In this document: positions 61,765-64,000 of the stretch, one piece after another
Layout: the number at the start of each line of letters is the position of its first letter
Position numbering within the stretch: the first letter of the stretch is position 1
From: Raillietiella orientalis
Lineage: Eukaryota
DNA length: 64,000 nt
Reading direction: 5' to 3'
Assembly (NCBI GenBank): GCA_036172245.1
Contig: JAYWIR010000026.1
Location: forward strand, 62,001-126,000
Position numbers and translations under genes: made by a program
Notes under the pieces: model-generated
The model's input: the letters and a program-made list of their open reading frames with translations, nothing else
Database searches by the model: none
What the model was told of the DNA's origin: nothing

Positions 61765-62350
61765 GGGTTTTGGTGAGGGTCCTCGCAACTATACGACCTA
61801 TTTACAGGCTTGATGTTACGAGAAAACCCCAAATGTCCGTCGCCTGGCCGAATACCGCGCCGAGGCCGAACAAAAAGCCTGGCAATACGGGTCGGCCAGC
61901 TTCATGGACAATCAGGGACGGCAACGCTCGTCCCCGGTGTCAGTACGGAATCTCATGCAGTGTCATTATTCCTCCCTTTACGCCAGGGCCCCTCCTGAGA
62001 GAGACGCCTCCTGGCGCATGCTTCCGCATGATGTCACGAAAATAGGGGAGGAGGAGATGTTAAGCCTCGACGAGCCTTTTAACACCGGTGAAATCCACGC
62101 CGGCATTAAAAGGCTTAAGAGGCGTAAAGCTGCAGGGGAGGAAGGCTTGCCCGCGGAGTTCTTTCAAAGCTTCGCGGAAGAGTTGGCCTCCCTGTTGCTA
62201 CAATTGACAGGGATAATCTGGGACGAAGGCGCTGTTGCCGCCCCGTTTCGGTCAGACAGAGTGAGGCTCCTTCTGAAGGGAAGAGACCTTAGGAAACTTA
62301 GCAACTGGGGTCCGATCACGATTGTAAACATGGACGCCAAGTTGATCGCT
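61765..62350 (+). mobile_element. F-type ORF2 linker/RT-start fragment
   Basis: Matches about 43945-44525 reversed; EPFNTGEI..KRRKAAGEEGLPAEFF..NWGPITIVNMDAKL. Confidence 0.88.
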
Positions 62351-63135
62351 GTTCCGCTACGAAATCGGTATACGGTGACGTCACGTTCGCTTAACCCGCC
62401 GTCGCGCATGCGCCGACGCCGCCACCAAGTCGCGAATCGAGCGTAAGCAGCCAAGACGGAGCTTTCAGGAAAGCGACGGAAGAGCTGGTGGCCATGTTCG
62501 AGCAGCAACCCAAGGCCGAGGAAATGGCGTTGAACCCATCGGCTGAGGCGAAAGGACCAGAGACTAGCGAGTCCGAAGCCGAAGACGGCAACGTTCCTTC
62601 CGTCGATCTCCGAAACAGCCGGGCAGGTTGTAAGGTAGGCAACCAGAGACGCACCACTCCTACTCAGGCGGAGGAAGGAATGCGCACGGAAGACCAGGAG
62701 GCGAAGTCCGCTAGGTCTCGCGACCCCTCTCCGGAAGCGACGATGCCTAAGATACACCGCCCTTGATCGACGCACAGCAAACATGCGATGCTCAAGCCGT
62801 CGAAGTTAATGCACTTCTCCCGCCTCCTGAACAGGAGGCATTGATCACCGCATCATGATAAGTACACCATCGCGTGGACTCTCCTCCCACCGGCGCTTGC
62901 GTGTAATCAGTAGGAACGTCAACGGATAGCGTGAAGACGGAAAAAGGAGAGGAATAGCCGTCACCTTGAGAGATTTCGATCTGGCACTCCTGTAGGAGAC
63001 ACACGTGCTCCATGCGGAAGGGGCTCAGGAAATTGAAACGATCGTAGGAGGGCGCCTCAAATGGCGAAACGGTCAAAACCACACCCGCGGTGTAGCGTTC
63101 TTCGTAAGACCAAACATCAATCAGGCGCTGCGACG
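62351..63135 (+). mobile_element. Degenerate ORF1 end and APE start
   Basis: RDFDLALL*ETHV, AQEIETIVGGRL, RGVAFFVRP. Confidence 0.75.
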
Positions 63136-63765
63136 TTTTCACCCGGTAAAGCCGGAGCCTTTATTTGAAAACTCACAGAATTTGCAGTACAAGGCCCGCT
63201 GCGGCCAATAGTTCTATAAAGCTGTCGGGTGGTCGGTGCACAGACCGACTTAACACCCCACGCCAACCAATGGGGTTGGGAAGAAAACAAACATAAAATA
63301 AACAAAAAACAAAAAGTACAAACACTTGTCAATTGGAGGGCCGGGAAGGGATCACTGCCCGTTGCGTGGAGCTTCCATCCTTTGCAGGATGCCGACGAGG
63401 TCCTAGTACATATTTCCCAGGTGGGGCCAGCAGGATGCTATTCGCAGACAGCGAGCTGCATACTCCAAGGCATCCCTTTCGTTCACATTCTCTGCTTCTT
63501 TGGATCCACTCCAAGCTGCCACAATACCTCGTACGCAGCAGAGAGCTGCTATTACAGCGGCTGGCTGCAGGGTTTCCCGCACGAAAAGGAGCATAAAAAC
63601 GTCTCTGGGAAGGCTACCTTCCAGGATCCCTAATGTGGAACCGAAACGTTCCCACAGTAACAGGAGGGCAGCACTGTAACCAAAAAGTGCGGGAGGGTTT
63701 CCCGCTGCTCCCACCGGGCACAGTTGGGCTTCAGACCTGTGTCTTTCTAGGGAGAGGAGGTGGTT
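63136..63765 (-). mobile_element. 3' end of an element (C-terminus, 3' UTR, hairpin) inserted antisense into an APE domain
   Basis: IAALCCVRGIVAAWS; terminus AATAAAGGCTCCGGCTTTACCGGGTGAAAA. Confidence 0.85.
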
Positions 63766-63799
63766 TGCATTGTTCAGCGGTCTAGTTAGTGCGAAGGTA

Positions 63800-64000
63800 T
63801 TCGGTGATTTTGTACGGTGTGTAGGAGCGCCGGACTCCCATGGAAGAAATGCCTGAGGACACCGCGATGGAAATTGGGGGAGGAGAGGCGAATTTCTTTC
63901 CACCACCCATAAAAGTGGAAGCGTCCGCCCTCACGGAATCCGGGGCACTTGCCCCATCGGAATCGAGGGCAACCGTCCCTTCGCGATTCTTTTCGCCAGC
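63800..64000 (+). mobile_element. H-type ORF1 start (ATG 63840), runs off the window end
   Basis: MEEMPEDTAMEIGGGEA compared with MAEMPKDTAMDIVGGEA at 36227. Confidence 0.75.

Noticed and set aside
62325..62360. A third recurrent target at the DAKL codons (breaks at 36138 and about 62350)
   Set aside because: The 62350 break has no terminal hairpin or 5' motif, so only one true junction supports it
1..64000. Telomeric repeats, rRNA, tRNA or snRNA targets; host taxon assignment
   Set aside because: None recognised by eye, and the sequence does not allow a confident taxon call

Overview
Eukaryotic repeat DNA made almost entirely of L1/Tx1-type non-LTR retrotransposons. ORF1 has an RRM-like region plus CCHC knuckles; ORF2 has APE endonuclease, RT and a C-terminal CCHC finger. 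No host gene was recognised. Bases 1-54.2 kb form a nested array of several related families, given my own labels: A/E, B/D/G, F/H and a divergent C. Bases 54.8-60.5 kb hold heavily decayed relatives, and a new nest starts near 61.8 kb. The nesting is not random. (i) All 10 recognisable 3' junctions are antisense to the host element. (ii) A-type elements insert three times at the same nucleotide of the RT 'KAFD' codons of B-type elements, twice with both 14-bp TSD copies visible. (iii) B-type elements insert twice at the same nucleotide of the endonuclease 'GGRL' codons of F/H-type elements. The elements lack poly(A) tails, end in AATAAA plus a CCGG-N5/6-CCGG hairpin, and begin just upstream of GGACGTGTTT. 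ORF1 and ORF2 are coupled by TAATG/TGATG or by an AUG-less TAACA overlap. This looks like a set of site-specific retrotransposons that target each other's conserved coding motifs. Boundaries and identities were read by eye, and novelty was not checked against databases.
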